A stretch of 63,155 nt of DNA, filler included, from Octopus bimaculoides (GCF_001194135.2; 6 parts of 5 records of this genome joined end to end with filler, not necessarily neighbours in it), one strand, 5' to 3'. Counted from the whole stretch's first letter, positions 20,546 to 34,095 are shown. The notes: generated by a model not told the origin, from the sequence alone. Numbers and translations are program-made.

Positions 20546-22610
20546 TCTGTGTCTATGTTAGTTTTTTTCTTATTTTCTAAATGGTAAAGAATGATTGGCA
20601 GAGTCTTAGTTTCTATTTCTTGTAAGTCGAATAACCACATAGAGGCCATCCCATTGCCTTGTGTTATATTTGACGTTCAGACCTTTGCTGTTTTTGTTTG
20701 TTCTTAGTTGGTTTCTAATTGAGTCAATGGTCGGCTCGCACGTTTCTTCGTCAGCAGATGTTGTAGTCATCTACTATCGATATTTCTCACTGTTGGCTCA
20801 AGATACTGTTTATTTCATTCTGTACAGTTCTGGCAACAGTATTTCAGTTTGGCAGCGTTTGACATATAAGATGTTTCGCTTTCCTTCAGTGTTAGTTTTT
20901 TGTACGGTTGCATTAAATGATCGTAGATTACTTAAGCATGGTAACTTAAAGAGTTAATAGAAATAAAAGATCCGTAGATAACCTCCACCTGAGCAAACTG
21001 TGATAAGAATAATACATTCTGTTTAACGTTAAGAGAACTAACTCAAATAACAAGGAAAAAATTGTTTGTTGTTACTGAGGTGGTAACAATATAGGCAATG
21101 GCATTGGTTGATATGCATGAAAAGGTTTGAAAAGTGGCATGCACCAACCTCTCGGTCTTGGAATTATGTTCCCAACGAAAAGGTATATATTAAACGATGG
21201 TCGAATTCTGAATGCTACACACAAAACTGATGGCGAGGAGCCATGGCGAGATGAAGCATATTGGAAATTGATCCTAAATCATCATGACGTGACATGCAGC
21301 TTGGATATATGACCAGAGATTCCACATTCGCACCCGAGAAAAACACAGGGGGCATGTATGTAGTTTGTAGAGGAAGCGGTCATCGAGTCTACATGAAGAA
21401 CTATCAAACAAGGCGAATAAGTACTGGGGGGGGGGGACAATAATAATTGGGAGAAATAAAATAAAATCCTTCAAAGACATCCAGAATGAAATCTTAAACA
21501 TGTAAGAGACTTTCCCTCTTTCTGTTACTCAATCTTTTTCCCTCTTCGTCTCTCCTCCACTGTTAAAAATAAAGAAAATAGAAATTAACGATCGTACTGC
21601 GTATACCGTTAATTTCAATTTTAAATGACACTAAGCTTTTCATTGCCCTTCTATCTCTTCACTTCTTTTTTTCCAGTTAAGAGAGTCAGAAAAAAAAGAA
21701 AATCGATAATATATAATTCCAAAATGCTTTACATGAACNNNNNNNNNNNNNNNNNNNNNNNNNNNNNNNNNNNNNNNNNNNNNNNNNNNNNNNNNNNNNN
21801 NNNNNNNNNNNNNNNNNNNNNNNNNNNNNNNNNNNNNNNNNNNNNNNNNNNNNNNNNNNNNNNNNNNNNNNNNNNNNNNNNNNNNNNNNNNNNNNNNNNN
21901 NNNNNNNNNNNNNNNNNNNNNNNNNNNNNNNNNNNNNNNNNNNNNNNNNNNNNNNNNNNNNNNNNNNNNNNNNNNNNNNNNNNNNNNNNNNNNNNNNNNN
22001 NNNNNNNNNNNNNNNNNNNNNNNNNNNNNNNNNNNNNNNNNNNNNNNNNNNNNNNNNNNNNNNNNNNNNNNNNNNNNNNNNNNNNNNNNNNNNNNNNNNN
22101 NNNNNNNNNNNNNNNNNNNNNNNNNNNNNNNNNNNNNNNNNNNNNNNNNNNNNNNNNNNNNNNNNNNNNNNNNNNNNNNNNNNNNNNNNNNNNNNNNNNN
22201 NNNNNNNNNNNNNNNNNNNNNNNNNNNNNNNNNNNNNNNNNNNNNNNNNNNNNNNNNNNNNNNNNNNNNNNNNNNNNNNNNNNNNNNNNNNNNNNNNNNN
22301 NNNNNNNNNNNNNNNNNNNNNNNNNNNNNNNNNNNNNNNNNNNNNNNNNNNNNNNNNNNNNNNNNNNNNNNNNNNNNNNNNNNNNNNNNNNNNNNNNNNN
22401 NNNNNNNNNNNNNNNNNNNNNNNNNNNNNNNNNNNNNNNNNNNNNNNNNNNNNNNNNNNNNNNNNNNNNNNNNNNNNNNNNNNNNNNNNNNNNNNNNNNN
22501 NNNNNNNNNNNNNNNNNNNNNNNNNNNNNNNNNNNNNNNNNNNNNNNNNNNNNNNNNNNNNNNNNNNNNNNNNNNNNNNNNATATATATATATATATATA
22601 TATATATATA

Positions 22611-24042
22611 CGAGGGGGTACCCAAAAGAAACAGGAATTTTGCAATATCACTTTATTCACTTTGCAAGCGAAGTAGCCAGTTCTAGAATCTCTATGTGAG
22701 ATGCAAGTAGTAACTCTACAGAAAAGCAACGGTTGTTACCTTCTCAATGCGGTTGTTCCTTACAAAACAGTGTGTTTCTACTCTTTTTAATCACAGGAGG
22801 ACATCTCCTCCAGCTGGTTAACAACACTCTAGCGCTGACAAGAACCAATAGACCGGCTGGTTTCTGGGTATAACCCTTCTTCGTCGGTACTGGTTACACC
22901 TGTCTGTTAGATTTTAGAACTAGCTACTTTGCTGGATGTAAGATCAGTGGATGTGTGTCGCTTATTTATCCCTATCTGGCAGACATGTATTACCAGTATC
23001 TATGAAGAGTTATACCTGGAAACTAGTTGGTCTATTGCTAAATGGGAGTTGTTTGCTCATTTGTTTGCAATGTAACGGACACAAATATAATGTTTTTAAC
23101 CAGCTGTAGGAGGTATCCTCCTAGGGTTAAAAAGAGTAGTAACAGTGTTCTGTATGAAACAATCTCGTTGAGATGGTAACAACCATTACTTTATTCACTT
23201 AGTTTTACATGTTTACACTTTTATCGCCTTTAGAGTATCCTCCATTTGAAGCAATCCATCGGTCTAGGCGTGTTTCCCAGTGTTCCAAGCAGTCCCAGAA
23301 CTCTAGCGAAGTGATGCCTTTTAACGCCTCTGTCGTTTTTTTCTTCATCTCTTCCACATCTGCAAGTTCCCTAACACCAGCTTTCGTCACTAGTGAAGAC
23401 CTTCAAAAAAAGGTCCGGATCATCTTCCAACTGTTCTTAAAGTTCACGACACGCATTCAGTCGTGACTGTTTTTGATCTTCCGTGAGCAGGCGAGGCACA
23501 AATTTTGCTGCAACGCTTTTCATTTGCAATTCCTCACTCAAAATTCGTTGGCAGGAGCTGCAGGACACACCCGTCATATCAGCAAGTCCGTCAATTGTTT
23601 CCAAGATCCGTTCATGAATTTTCATGATGTTTTCATTCGTTCCGGAGGTCGACGGCCGCCCTGAACAAGGCTGGCCTTCAAGCAACAAGTGACCATACCT
23701 AAAGCGTGTGAACCACTCATAAACTTGTGTTTTGCTTATGGCGGCGTCCTTGTAAGCTGCTTCAAGCATGAGATCTGTTTCGGCTGCCGTTTTCCTCAAC
23801 AGAAAACAGAATTTCAAGGCAGCACGCTGTTCCTTCGTTTTAGCCATCGTAAAAATCGATGAACAAGGGAGAAGCACTGTAAAACAAAGATGCATCATGT
23901 GGCAGTATGACCCTATACAACGACGCCAGTCAGCAGACTGATGCTTTAGGATCACATCAAGTGGTTTCCAGCGGCGGAAGCCTGAACTACAATGGGTTTG
24001 TCCCACAGAGAATGTTTCCGGTTACCTTTGGGTACCCCCTCG
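22611..24042 (-). mobile_element. Mariner element with both TIRs and TA flanks, decayed transposase, extra 3' insert
   Basis: TIRs CGAGGGGGTACCCAAA (22611) / TTTGGGTACCCCCTCG (24027-24042); HTH QRAALKFCFLL..VYEWFTRF, FVPRLLT, C-term WETRLDRWIASNGGY. Confidence 0.92.
22731..23184. mobile_element. Fold-back (MITE-like) insert inside the mariner 3' region
   Basis: Imperfect inverted arms 22731-22826/23091-23184 and 22846-22912/22973-23037. Confidence 0.8.
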
Positions 24043-24362
24043 TATACATATATCTTTCGCTTGTATCAGTCACCAGTCTGCTGCTATGCTGGTGCATAGC
24101 CGCAGACTGATGACCGAAGAAAATTAGTCAAACGATTCGATCCCTGTGGTCATTTTATTTAAGCCTGGTACTTATTCTATCAAATATTTTTACCGAACCG
24201 CTACGTTACGGCGATATAAGCACACCAGTACTGATGGTAGAGGACAAACACAGGTACATATATATATATATATNNNNNNNNNNNNNNNNNNNNNNNNNNN
24301 NNNNNNNNNNNNNNNNNNNNNNNNNNNNNNNNNNNNNNNNNNNNNNNNNNNNNNNNNNTATT

Positions 24363-24396
<34 letters not shown>

Positions 24397-24564
24397 TGTG
24401 TAAATAATATGTGACAATTATCCGGTAGCCATGATAAAACTCCGAGTTTCGGATGTTGGGGCGGAAACCCAAGCCGCCATCTCTTCAGTTATGTGGCCAT
24501 CGAAGAATGCTATGAAAATGACATCGAGGTCTCTTTTTTTCTTTTATTGTCTTACCTTTTCTAT

Positions 24565-24598
<34 letters not shown>

Positions 24599-24606
24599 TT
24601 TGTACT

Positions 24607-24638
<32 letters not shown>

Positions 24639-24817
24639 TGTATGTGTGTGTATGTATGGATGTATGTGTCTGTGTGTATGTATGTATGTATGTATGTATG
24701 TATGCATGCATGTATGTATGTATGAGCAAATTGAAAATTAAAAGTAACAACAAAACGACAAAAATCAACAGGACTTACATCTTGACGCTCGGTATAAGAT
24801 GGGAAAAGGAGTGGTAG

Positions 24818-24851
24818 TCTAAGGTTTCGAGCATGTCTCTTCGTCAGAAAG
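24818..24851 (-). ncRNA. Hammerhead-like motif in a short solo element (family H)
   Basis: Minus strand CTTT-CTGACGA-A-GAG-ACATG-CTC-GAAAC; triplet region degenerate. Confidence 0.5.
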
Positions 24852-24924
24852 AGGAGAAGCGAAAAGTCAAGAGAGTGGGGAGTCCAAGGAAAGCACGTGT
24901 GTGCTTACATGGCAGAAGTGACCG

Positions 24925-25431
24925 GTGACGGGCTTCTTTCAGTTTCCTTCTACCAAATCCACTCACAATGCTTTTGTCGGCCTGCGGCTGTTGTAGAAGA
25001 CACTCGACCAAGGTGCCACGCAGTGGGACTGAACCCACAACCATGTGATTGGGAAGCAAACGTCTTACAACACAGCTACACCTGCATCTGCACCTGCTCC
25101 ACGCTTGTATCATTCCCCCACCCCCAACCCTCCAGCACTGGATGCCATTTCAAATCACGCTTCACCGTCTGAATAAAAAGAAAAGGCCACGTGAAATACT
25201 GCTGTCCAGTATGTTCAATTATTATCTGTCCGTCTCTGCGATGCTATGTAAAATACAGCCAACTCGCTCGTAAGATACACAAGCAGCAATGTTGATGAAT
25301 AGGTAGTTGACCAATGATAAGATTTTAATTACGACCTTTGTTCATCTAAATCTTCTAATTTGAAATAAATCGTCTCGTTACTCTTACCCTATCACTCCTT
25401 ATACATTTTACTCTCTCTCATCCCATTTATT

Positions 25432-25473
<42 letters not shown>

Positions 25474-26170
25474 TCCCTCTATCTCTCTTATCATCTCTCT
25501 ATCCTGCGTCCTTTATCGCTGTTCAATTCGTTCTTCATATATTAAAATAGACATATACACATTCTCTTTTACTCTCTTGCGTGTATTTCAGTCATTAGAC
25601 TGCGGCCATGCATTATCTAAGCCTGGTACTTATTCTGTCGGCCTGTTTTGCCGCACCGCTAAGTTACGGGGACGTAAACACACCAACACCGATTTTCACG
25701 CGATGGTGTGAAACAAACATACACGCGCGCGCACACACATACACGGACACACACATATAGATAGACATACTATTTACTCTTTTACTCTTTTACTTGTTTC
25801 AGTCATTTGACTTCGGCCATGCTGGAGCACCGCCTTTAGTCGAGCAAATCGACCCCAGGACTTATTCTTTGTAAGCCTAGTACTTATTCTATCGGTCTCT
25901 CTTTTGCCGAACCGCTAAGTTACACACCAGCATCGGTTGTCAAGCGATGTTGGGGGGGGGGGGACAAACACAGACACACAGACATATACACACATACATA
26001 TATATATATACATATATACGACTGGCTTCTCTCAGTTTCCGTCTACCAAATCCACTCACAAATGTTTGATCGGCACGGGGCTATAGTAAAAGATACTTGC
26101 CCAAGGTGCCACGCAGTGAGACTGAACCCAAAACCATGTAGTTGGGAAGGCAAGCTTCTTACCACAACAT
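24925..26170 (-). mobile_element. Cluster of SINE family B copies and fragments
   Basis: Head 24925-25095, tail 25570-25720, full copy ~25770-26170. Confidence 0.85.
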
Positions 26171-26682
26171 ATCATTTGCTTATTTAAACACCCAATTTTG
26201 AGTCAAATGACTGAAACAAGTAAAAGAATAAAAGAATAAAAGAATATTAAAATCCGTACTCTGTCCAGAATTGTTTTAGGTTGTGCTTATAGTTTTTCCA
26301 TTCATTTTAACGATCTTGAGTGATATTTTCTTTCAGGCGGTAGTATCAGATTGAATAGCTATGGTGGTGCACACGACTTTTTCAACAGATGTTCTGTGAG
26401 TTGCCCTATTTAGATACTCTGTGGTCGATGTTTTATGTGTTTTCTGTTGTGACTTAAGTAACGATAAACAGTGTATTTCTCAAAGTACCTCCCTTTCTGA
26501 AGATACGGCTGTATACATTGGCAAGCTGCCGAATGAGCTCTAAATTACTTTTCAGGAATTTTATGAAAGCCCTTCATTATGTGTGCCGCGCTTCAGACAT
26601 CAGATACCACTCGAAACTTTTATCTCTTATGCGTTATTCTTTTCATTCTGCTTATGAATTCAGTTAGCTACAGATGATTAAT

Positions 26683-27073
26683 TGTTGTTGTTGTTGGCAC
26701 TCTGTTGCTTACGACGTCGAGGGTTCCAGTTGATCTGATCAACGGAACAGCCTGCTCCTGAAATTAACGTGCAAGTGGCTAAGCACTCCACAGACACGTG
26801 TACCCTTAACGTAGTTCTCGGGGAGATTCAGCGTGACACAGTGTGACAAGGCTGACCCTTTGAATTACACGCACAACAGAAACAGGAAGTAACAGTGAGA
26901 GAAAGTTGTGGTGGAAGAGTACAGCAGGGTTCGCCACCATCCCCTGCCGGAGCCTCGTGGAGCTTTAGGTGTTTTCGCTCAATAAACACTCACAACACCC
27001 GGTCTGGGAATAGAAACCGCGATCCTATGACCACGAGTCCGCTGCCCTAACCACTGGGTCATTGCGCCTCCAC
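26683..27073 (-). mobile_element. tRNA-derived SINE family C with (CAA)n tail
   Basis: Minus strand GGAGGCGCAATGACCCAGTGGTTAGGGCAGCGGACTCG..GGTTTCTATTCCCAGACCGGG (A/B-box-like); ends in (CAA)n. Confidence 0.8.
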
Positions 27074-27466
27074 ACAGATGATTATGGCAAGAAACTATTA
27101 AGCTAAGATTGTAATTTTGGTTGCTGCATTTTTTCATAATGCTGGAAGAAAATCCTTAAGATACAATATTAGACAATCTTTGGGAAAATCTACAATATAT
27201 AGTAGAACTCGAAAATAATATTCTGTATTACTAATTAAGCTTTTAAATAAGAAAGTGGAAGCTTGCAATGTTAATAATACCAATTTGAATATGCTAAAAA
27301 CGGGTTCCGACCTGTGTCTTTACATCATATGTCTATAGTGAGAAATTTTCTCCATGACAATACACGGTGAATGGTTTGTTTACAGCGCACTCACCCCGTA
27401 GTGGGAGTTTGATTTTTATTGATATGCAGAAGTTATTCATTCCGTTTTCTATAGTCGATAACTGCC

Positions 27467-27655
27467 AAACACCAGAGCTGAGATGGATAGAGTTATTCTA
27501 AGAGCGAAATTCTTGGACGAACAAATTACAAACACCAGATCTGAAATGGATAGAGTTATTCTAAGAGTGAAATTCTTGGACGAACAAATTACAAACACCA
27601 GAGCTGAGATGGATAGAGTTATTCTAAGAGTGAAATTCTTGGACGAACAAATTAC
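27467..27655. repeat. 63-bp minisatellite, 3 near-identical copies
   Basis: Unit AAACACCAGAGCTGAGATGGATAGAGTTATTCTAAGAGYGAAATTCTTGGACGAACAAATTAC. Confidence 0.97.
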
Positions 27656-27863
27656 GACTCTCTTAATTTGTATCGAATTGATGGCTAATGGTTTCATGCG
27701 AGGCTGGCTGACCATCATCCCTATGTAAACCTATATCCAATACTTCGATATGTATTGACTTCTCTTTACTTTGCAATACTCCTCCAAACCATAATACTTA
27801 CACGTATACGACTTCTAATGTGTGCGTGTGTAAATATGTGTGTATATAAATGTGTGTGTGTAT

Positions 27864-27974
<111 letters not shown>

Positions 27975-28554
27975 TTTTAGTGCATGTTGTTAGTTCCATG
28001 TCATGATTTCATGCTGAATCACAAAATACTTATAAACTCGATTAGAATTTTTTTAAATCTTTTTTCAAAGATATACCTTTTCTTAAGACTAATTGGTGCA
28101 GCCGTTCGAGTCCCTGACAAAATAATACCCTTGCAGTATTTGTTCCAGCGCACCGCAGTCTGACTTCAATCCTACCCAGCTCAACTTTACCTTTCCACTT
28201 TTAAAGTGGGTTAGTGCTATCGTTAGTGTGTCGGGCGAGATGCCTTGTTGTATGGTTCCCAGTTCATTGTTTTGCGTTTCTGCGTGGCAGACTTACCCAC
28301 CCGTCTTCCAGTTTATTCGGTGGAAAGCATTCAGATTAGGTCACTAGTTTTATGATAACTCCCTGCCAGTTCTGGAGGCCGTCAAAACACAAACGTTCCT
28401 GGGTGCTCCGACTAAGAGTAAAATGATGCATTTTCCTAACATCTCTGATCAGCCATTTTCAAAAGGCTATGACCAAAGTAGGACAGCTTCCGCAAATTAG
28501 TTCATCAAACAATTATCGTTCACATGTTCCAGTACTTGGACTGCGGTCAAGCTT

Positions 28555-28591
<37 letters not shown>

Positions 28592-28665
28592 GACGTGTGT
28601 GTGTGTGTGTGTGTGTGTGCGTGCGTGCGTGTATGTGTGTGTGTGTGCGTGTGCATGTGCGTGTG

Positions 28666-28712
<47 letters not shown>

Positions 28713-28827
28713 GTAGATGGAAAATTATTTTTGGAATTGGATCCCGAAATACATATAAGACTATAAATAATACCATGTAAATATAGGGTTTTCTTCCTGT
28801 CATAAGCAAGTATAATGAATTCTATGC

Positions 28828-28867
28828 TTCCCTGATGAGAACCTAATAATATCGAAACATGTCCGGA
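28828..28867 (+). ncRNA. Minimal hammerhead motif with canonical core
   Basis: CTGATGA (28832-28838), G..C-closed short stem II, GAAAC-AT-GTC palindromic stem III with GUC triplet; stem I TTCC/CGGA has a C-C mismatch at 1.1-2.1; followed by (ATT)n. Confidence 0.6.
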
Positions 28868-28929
28868 TTTATCCCCCGTCATTTTAATTATCATTATTAT
28901 AATTATTATCATTATTATTATGATTATTA

Positions 28930-28981
<52 letters not shown>

Positions 28982-28983
28982 CA

Positions 28984-29062
<79 letters not shown>

Positions 29063-29063
<1 letters not shown>

Positions 29064-30600
29064 TCTTTTCTGTTTATTGAAGCAAAGTTCAGGTTTGGTC
29101 TTATTCCTGGAAGGATTTATGTGGGTAGCGGGTTACAACCTGTAACCTTAGGTATCCACACGTTTTCGGCTGTCTTTCAAGTGCTCTGAACCCTCCTGAT
29201 AATTCTTGGTGTCCTTAAGAGGCAAACTTTCTATAGGAGCTCTAACCGGGCATTCTATTTCAATTTCCTTAAGCCATTTGTCTCTATCTTGTCTTACTGT
29301 CCTCAACGCACCAATTATCATAGGAACGACCTTTGCTATTCGCATGCTCCAAATTCTTCCTATTTAAAATTCTAGGGGATTGTATTTTCTTTGCTATTCT
29401 CTCTCTTTCTTTCCGATCCTGGAATGAAACGGACATGATGAATCGATAAGCAGACAACTTCACTTTTCCTTATCTATGATCGTAATATCTGGTCTATTAT
29501 TTTCTAATTTCTGTTCAAATTTTTAGGGATAGTTCCTAATGCACCTATAACTACTGGGATTCGTTTTACCCGCACTTTCCATAGTTTCTATAATTCAATG
29601 GCTTGGTACTTCTACTTTGCTATTGTTTTCTATACCTCTCATATTGATTTTTTTCATCATTTGAGACTGCAAAGTCAATTATCTGGCACTTTCTATTCTC
29701 TTTATCTACTACTACTAAATCAGGCTTTCTAGCTTCTCTTACTCTGTCAGTCTGAATGTTAAAGTCTCACAACATCTTATATTTCTTACTTTCTAGTACT
29801 TTACTAGTTTCCTGCTCATACCATTTATCAGAATGTTCAAATCCTAGCTTTCTACATAACTCCCAGTGGATTACTCTCCCTAGATTGTCATGTCTTTTCT
29901 TGTATTCTTTCTGTGCCAACATACTACATTTACTTACAATAATACAATAATAGTAACGCTTTTCTCTTTTTATTTTCCTAACCTACACTAGGGAACCTAC
30001 TTGGTTTTTGTCTATCTTGGCTTTTATCTAATTAGTCCTTAATGCTTGATCTATGCTACTACTAACAAACTTTCTCTCTCTCTCTTTCAGCCTTTCTTTC
30101 TACTATCATTACCATGTCTCACTTCTATTATTTGATACAACTATCTTTGATAATCTATCATGCAAAGCCTTCTCCTGACAGATAACTTTTGGTCTTTTTC
30201 TGGCTTTTAACTTTGTTTTGGTTTTTGGTTTCCCTATGTTTTGTTTTGACTCTAGCAGCTTTTAATAAACTTTCTTCGCTTACTTAGGAGTCTATATCTA
30301 CTCTAGCTAACTCCACACATTCTTCTACTGATGTTAGCCTTCTTCCACCTTCATTTCTCGGTAGGTATAATCTTGCAACTCCTGCCCTTGGGTGGAGTCC
30401 TCCATTCTTATTGAATTCCTTCCTAGTTCTTCTGTCTAGTTTTGCTACTTCAGTTTTTGTCCAATCCACAAAAGCTGCTGAGCATCTAAGTAGTGATACT
30501 GCTCAAGTATTTCCATCCTTCACTAGATTCTGACCATTTAGCTTTGACTTCATTAGCTCCCTTACCATTCTGATGTACTCCTTCTCAATTTTCATTTTCA
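29063..30600 (-). mobile_element. R4-clade LINE (second lineage): two tandem 3' segments, decayed
   Basis: KLDRRTRK...GLHPRAGVARLYLPRNEGGR, RLE region, VVPMIIGAL; two successive 3' ends (~29063-29350 and ~29350-30600); (AAT)n tail on the minus strand. Confidence 0.85.
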
Positions 30601-30627
30601 TTTCTATTATTATCATTATTATTATTA

Positions 30628-31060
30628 AGGCGATGAGCTGACAGAATCGATAGCACACCGGACAAAATACTTAACGCTATTTTGTCTGTCGCTACGTTCT
30701 GAGTTCAAATTCCGCCGAGGTCGACTTTGCCTTTCATCCTTTCGGGGTTGATAAAATAAGTACCAGTTGAGTACTGGGGTCGATGTAATCGACTATTCCC
30801 TCCCCCAAATTTCAGGCCTTGTGCTTATAGTAGAAAGGATTATTGCTATCATTAGCATTAAGGACGTGAGCTGGCAGAATCGTTAGCACGTCGGGCAAAA
30901 TGCTTAATATCTTTACGTTCAGAGTTCAAATGCCACCGAGGTCGACTTTGCCTGTCATCTTTACGGGGTCGATAAATTAAGTACCAGTTGAACACTGGGG
31001 TCGATGTAATCGACTCATCCCCTCCCACCAAAATTGCTGCCGTTGTGGCAAAATTTGAAG
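30628..31060 (+). mobile_element. Two tandem SINE family A copies between ATT tracts
   Basis: Heads at ~30628 and ~30861; tails GTGCTTATAGTAGAAAGGATT and GGCAAAATTTGAAGCC(ATT)n. Confidence 0.9.
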
Positions 31061-31061
31061 C

Positions 31062-31120
<59 letters not shown>

Positions 31121-32262
31121 GTCAACAACTAATGCTGTTATTTGTTGACAACATAATCATTTCTAGTTTGCTCGTTAATATTATCTGTATCAAATATGTT
31201 AAACCTAACTGTTACTTACCATGCGTATGGCGTCTCTAAGTAATGTACCAGAGATCCTTTACATTTGCATGCATTTATGTATGGAAGTATGCGTATTGGT
31301 GTATGTCTCTGTGTGAGCGTGCGTCTGTGAATCTGTATGTACGTGCGTTGTCCGTAAGCATATGCACATCTATGCACGTGTATGCTTGTATATCTGTCTG
31401 TAGCTTTGAGTGTGTGTTCCTGTTTACGTCTGGATCTGTAGTTATACATATTCGTGTCGTACGCGTGACAATTATCAGCGTCTCTGTATGTGTGTGTGCG
31501 TGTGTGCTCGCGTATGTCACACATGCTCGTGCGTGTTCATATGGTGTATGTGTGTATGAATGTTCGTGTGTACGGCTTTGTTTGTAATTATGAAACTGCA
31601 ATCATGAGACTGTTCTTATATGTCCGTGTTAATGTGTGTCTATGTGGGAATTCGTATGTGTGTGTGTGTCTGTGTCTGTGTGTGTCTGTGTCTGTGTGTT
31701 CCTCTGTATGTGTGTATGTGTGTGTGTGTGTGTGTGTTTGTGTGTGTTGTGTTTACTTTGTAAGAGATCGCAAACCGTTGAGAAGTTTGTTCATGGTGGC
31801 ATTTCCAGTAAGCTTTTGTCATTTTCAAAGACATCTGTGAATCACAAACTTGTGTATGTACGTGCGTGTGTCGTTACTAAAGAAACTTGGGAAGGAAAAC
31901 GAGAACCTCTTTGGTAAATCATATCTGGTCATTCACGGGCTTCGTTTGACATTTAGCAAGTAGGGACGAACGTAAGAACAACGGTAACAATTTCTTTATG
32001 ACTGAATAAACGAATAATGGTTATTGTTTCCATTCTGCCATTCTGTAATATTCTCAGTTTCATGTAAGTTTTAATGGAGTGCTTCAGTGTGCACGCGCAT
32101 CTGTGGGGGTGTGGTCGGAGGCTGGTGGCTGGGATGGTACTGCGTGTTGGGATACGATGGGATTTGGTGGGGAGGGGTGCAGAGCAAGACATATTGCGTT
32201 CAGATTATACTTTTTGCGTACTTTGTCTCTCTCACTCCCTATGTGTGTGTGGTGTGTGTGTA

Positions 32263-32314
<52 letters not shown>

Positions 32315-33574
32315 NNNNNNNNNNNNNNNNNNNNNNNNNNNNNNNNNNNNNNNNNNNNNNNNNNNNNNNNNNNNNNNNNNNNNNNNNNNNNNNNNNNNNN
32401 NNNNNNNNNNNNNNNNNNNNNNNNNNNNNNNNNNNNNNNNNNNNNNNNNNNNNNNNNNNNNNNNNNNNNNNNNNNNNNNNNNNNNNNNNNNNNNNNNNNN
32501 NNNNNNNNNNNNNNNNNNNNNNNNNNNNNNNNNNNNNNNNNNNNNNNNNNNNNNNNNNNNNNNNNNNNNNNNNNNNNNNNNNNNNNNNNNNNNNNNNNNN
32601 NNNNNNNNNNNNNNNNNNNNNNNNNNNNNNNNNNNNNNNNNNNNNNNNNNNNNNNNNNNNNNNNNNNNNNNNNNNNNNNNNNNNNNNNNNNNNNNNNNNN
32701 NNNNNNNNNNNNNNNNNNNNNNNNNNNNNNNNNNNNNTATATACACGCATATTTGAGTTTGCATGCTATTTTATTAAGTGCGGGTGTGTGAGTGTATGAG
32801 GTTGTAGGAATGAGTGAATGAGTACGTGAAAATGTGTGTGCGTGTGTCTATGTGTGTATGTGTGTGCGTGTGTCTATGTGTGTGTATGAGGGTGTATTGT
32901 TTCTTGCCATTTCCTTCTGTGGATATTGGATTATCCAGTTCTTTCCTGCAATGCCAATAAATACATAGAAACCATTCTAATAGCAATGAAATACCATTGT
33001 CAGTCGCCTATTCAAGTTTGTTCACGTTTGCCAAAGCAACATGTCTAACGTACGGCAGGTATTGCTTGTCTGTCAGAGATCGGCATTGATATCTTTGTTG
33101 TTAATTTTGATATCGAAGTTTGGATGTTGTTGTTGCTATTACTGTTAATACGGAAATAATATGTTTTTGACGTTGTTGTTTTTATCGCAGTAGCTGTTGC
33201 TGTTGTTGTTGTCGTTGTTGTGACGTTTTTGTTTGCAATTTCTACGGCGTAAGATGGCGCAGTAAATATGGCTTTCGATATTGTTGCCGAGTGGTTGTGG
33301 TGGTGGTGGTGGTGGTGGTGGTCGTCGTCGTCGTCGTCGTCGTCGTGATGGTGGTCGTGGTCGTGGTCGTGGTAGTGGGGGTGGGGATGAAGTGATTGGT
33401 AATAGATGTGTGCTGGTCGTGTTAATGATGCTGGTTGTGATATTAGCGATGCTGCTTCATGATGTTGATGGCGCTACTAGTTCAGTCGGTGCTTCGATTT
33501 GTTAGGATATGTTTCGTATCATATTGCATTTATACACGACCATTACGTACATAAGTGTAGGTGGTGTCTGTTAT

Positions 33575-33760
33575 GTTTTATTTGCTTCAGTCATTGGACA
33601 GCGGCCATGCTAGGTCAATGCAGCGAAGCACTTTTAGCTGAAGGAATCGACACCACTACTTTATTTTTAAGTTTTGCACCTATTCTATCGGTCTCTTTTG
33701 CCGAACTACTAGGCCATGGGGACGTAAACACAACAACACCGGTTATCAAGCTGTAGTTAG
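33575..33760 (-). mobile_element. SINE family B 3' tail fragment
   Basis: TTTCAGTCATTGGAC.GCGGCCATGCT...CTATCGGTCTCTTTTGCCGAAC..GGGACGTAAACAC. Confidence 0.75.
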
Positions 33761-33823
33761 AAGGCATCTACAGACGCAAAGACGCACACAAACTCACACC
33801 TGTGTGCGTGCGTGCGTGTGTGT

Positions 33824-33881
<58 letters not shown>

Positions 33882-34095
33882 NNNNNNNNNNNNNNNNNNN
33901 NNNNNNNNNNNNNNNNNNNNNNNNNNNNNNNNNNNNNNNNNNNNNNNNNNNNNNNNNNNNNNNNNNNNNNNNNNNNNNNNNNNNNNNNNNNNNNNNNNNN
34001 NNNNNNNNNNNNNNNNNNNNNNNNNNNNNNNNNNNNNNNNNNNNNNNNNNNNNNNNNNNNNNNNNNNNNNNNNNNNNNNNNNNNNNNNNNNNNNN

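Noticed and set aside
21127-21501. Short ORFs in a non-repetitive-looking stretch
   Set aside because: No recognisable domain; stops in all frames within about 100 codons.
26337-26395. Candidate 59-bp exon (TTTCTTTCAG|...|GTGAGT; GSIRLNSYGGAHDFFNRCS)
   Set aside because: Weak donor context, no recognisable peptide; such pairs are expected by chance in 63 kb.
28291-28296. Minus-strand GTAAGT donor
   Set aside because: Lies within a decayed family A-like SINE core.
32058-32063. Possible 6-nt microexon (TTCTCAG|TTTCAT|GTAAGT)
   Set aside because: Cannot be distinguished from chance without spliced reads.
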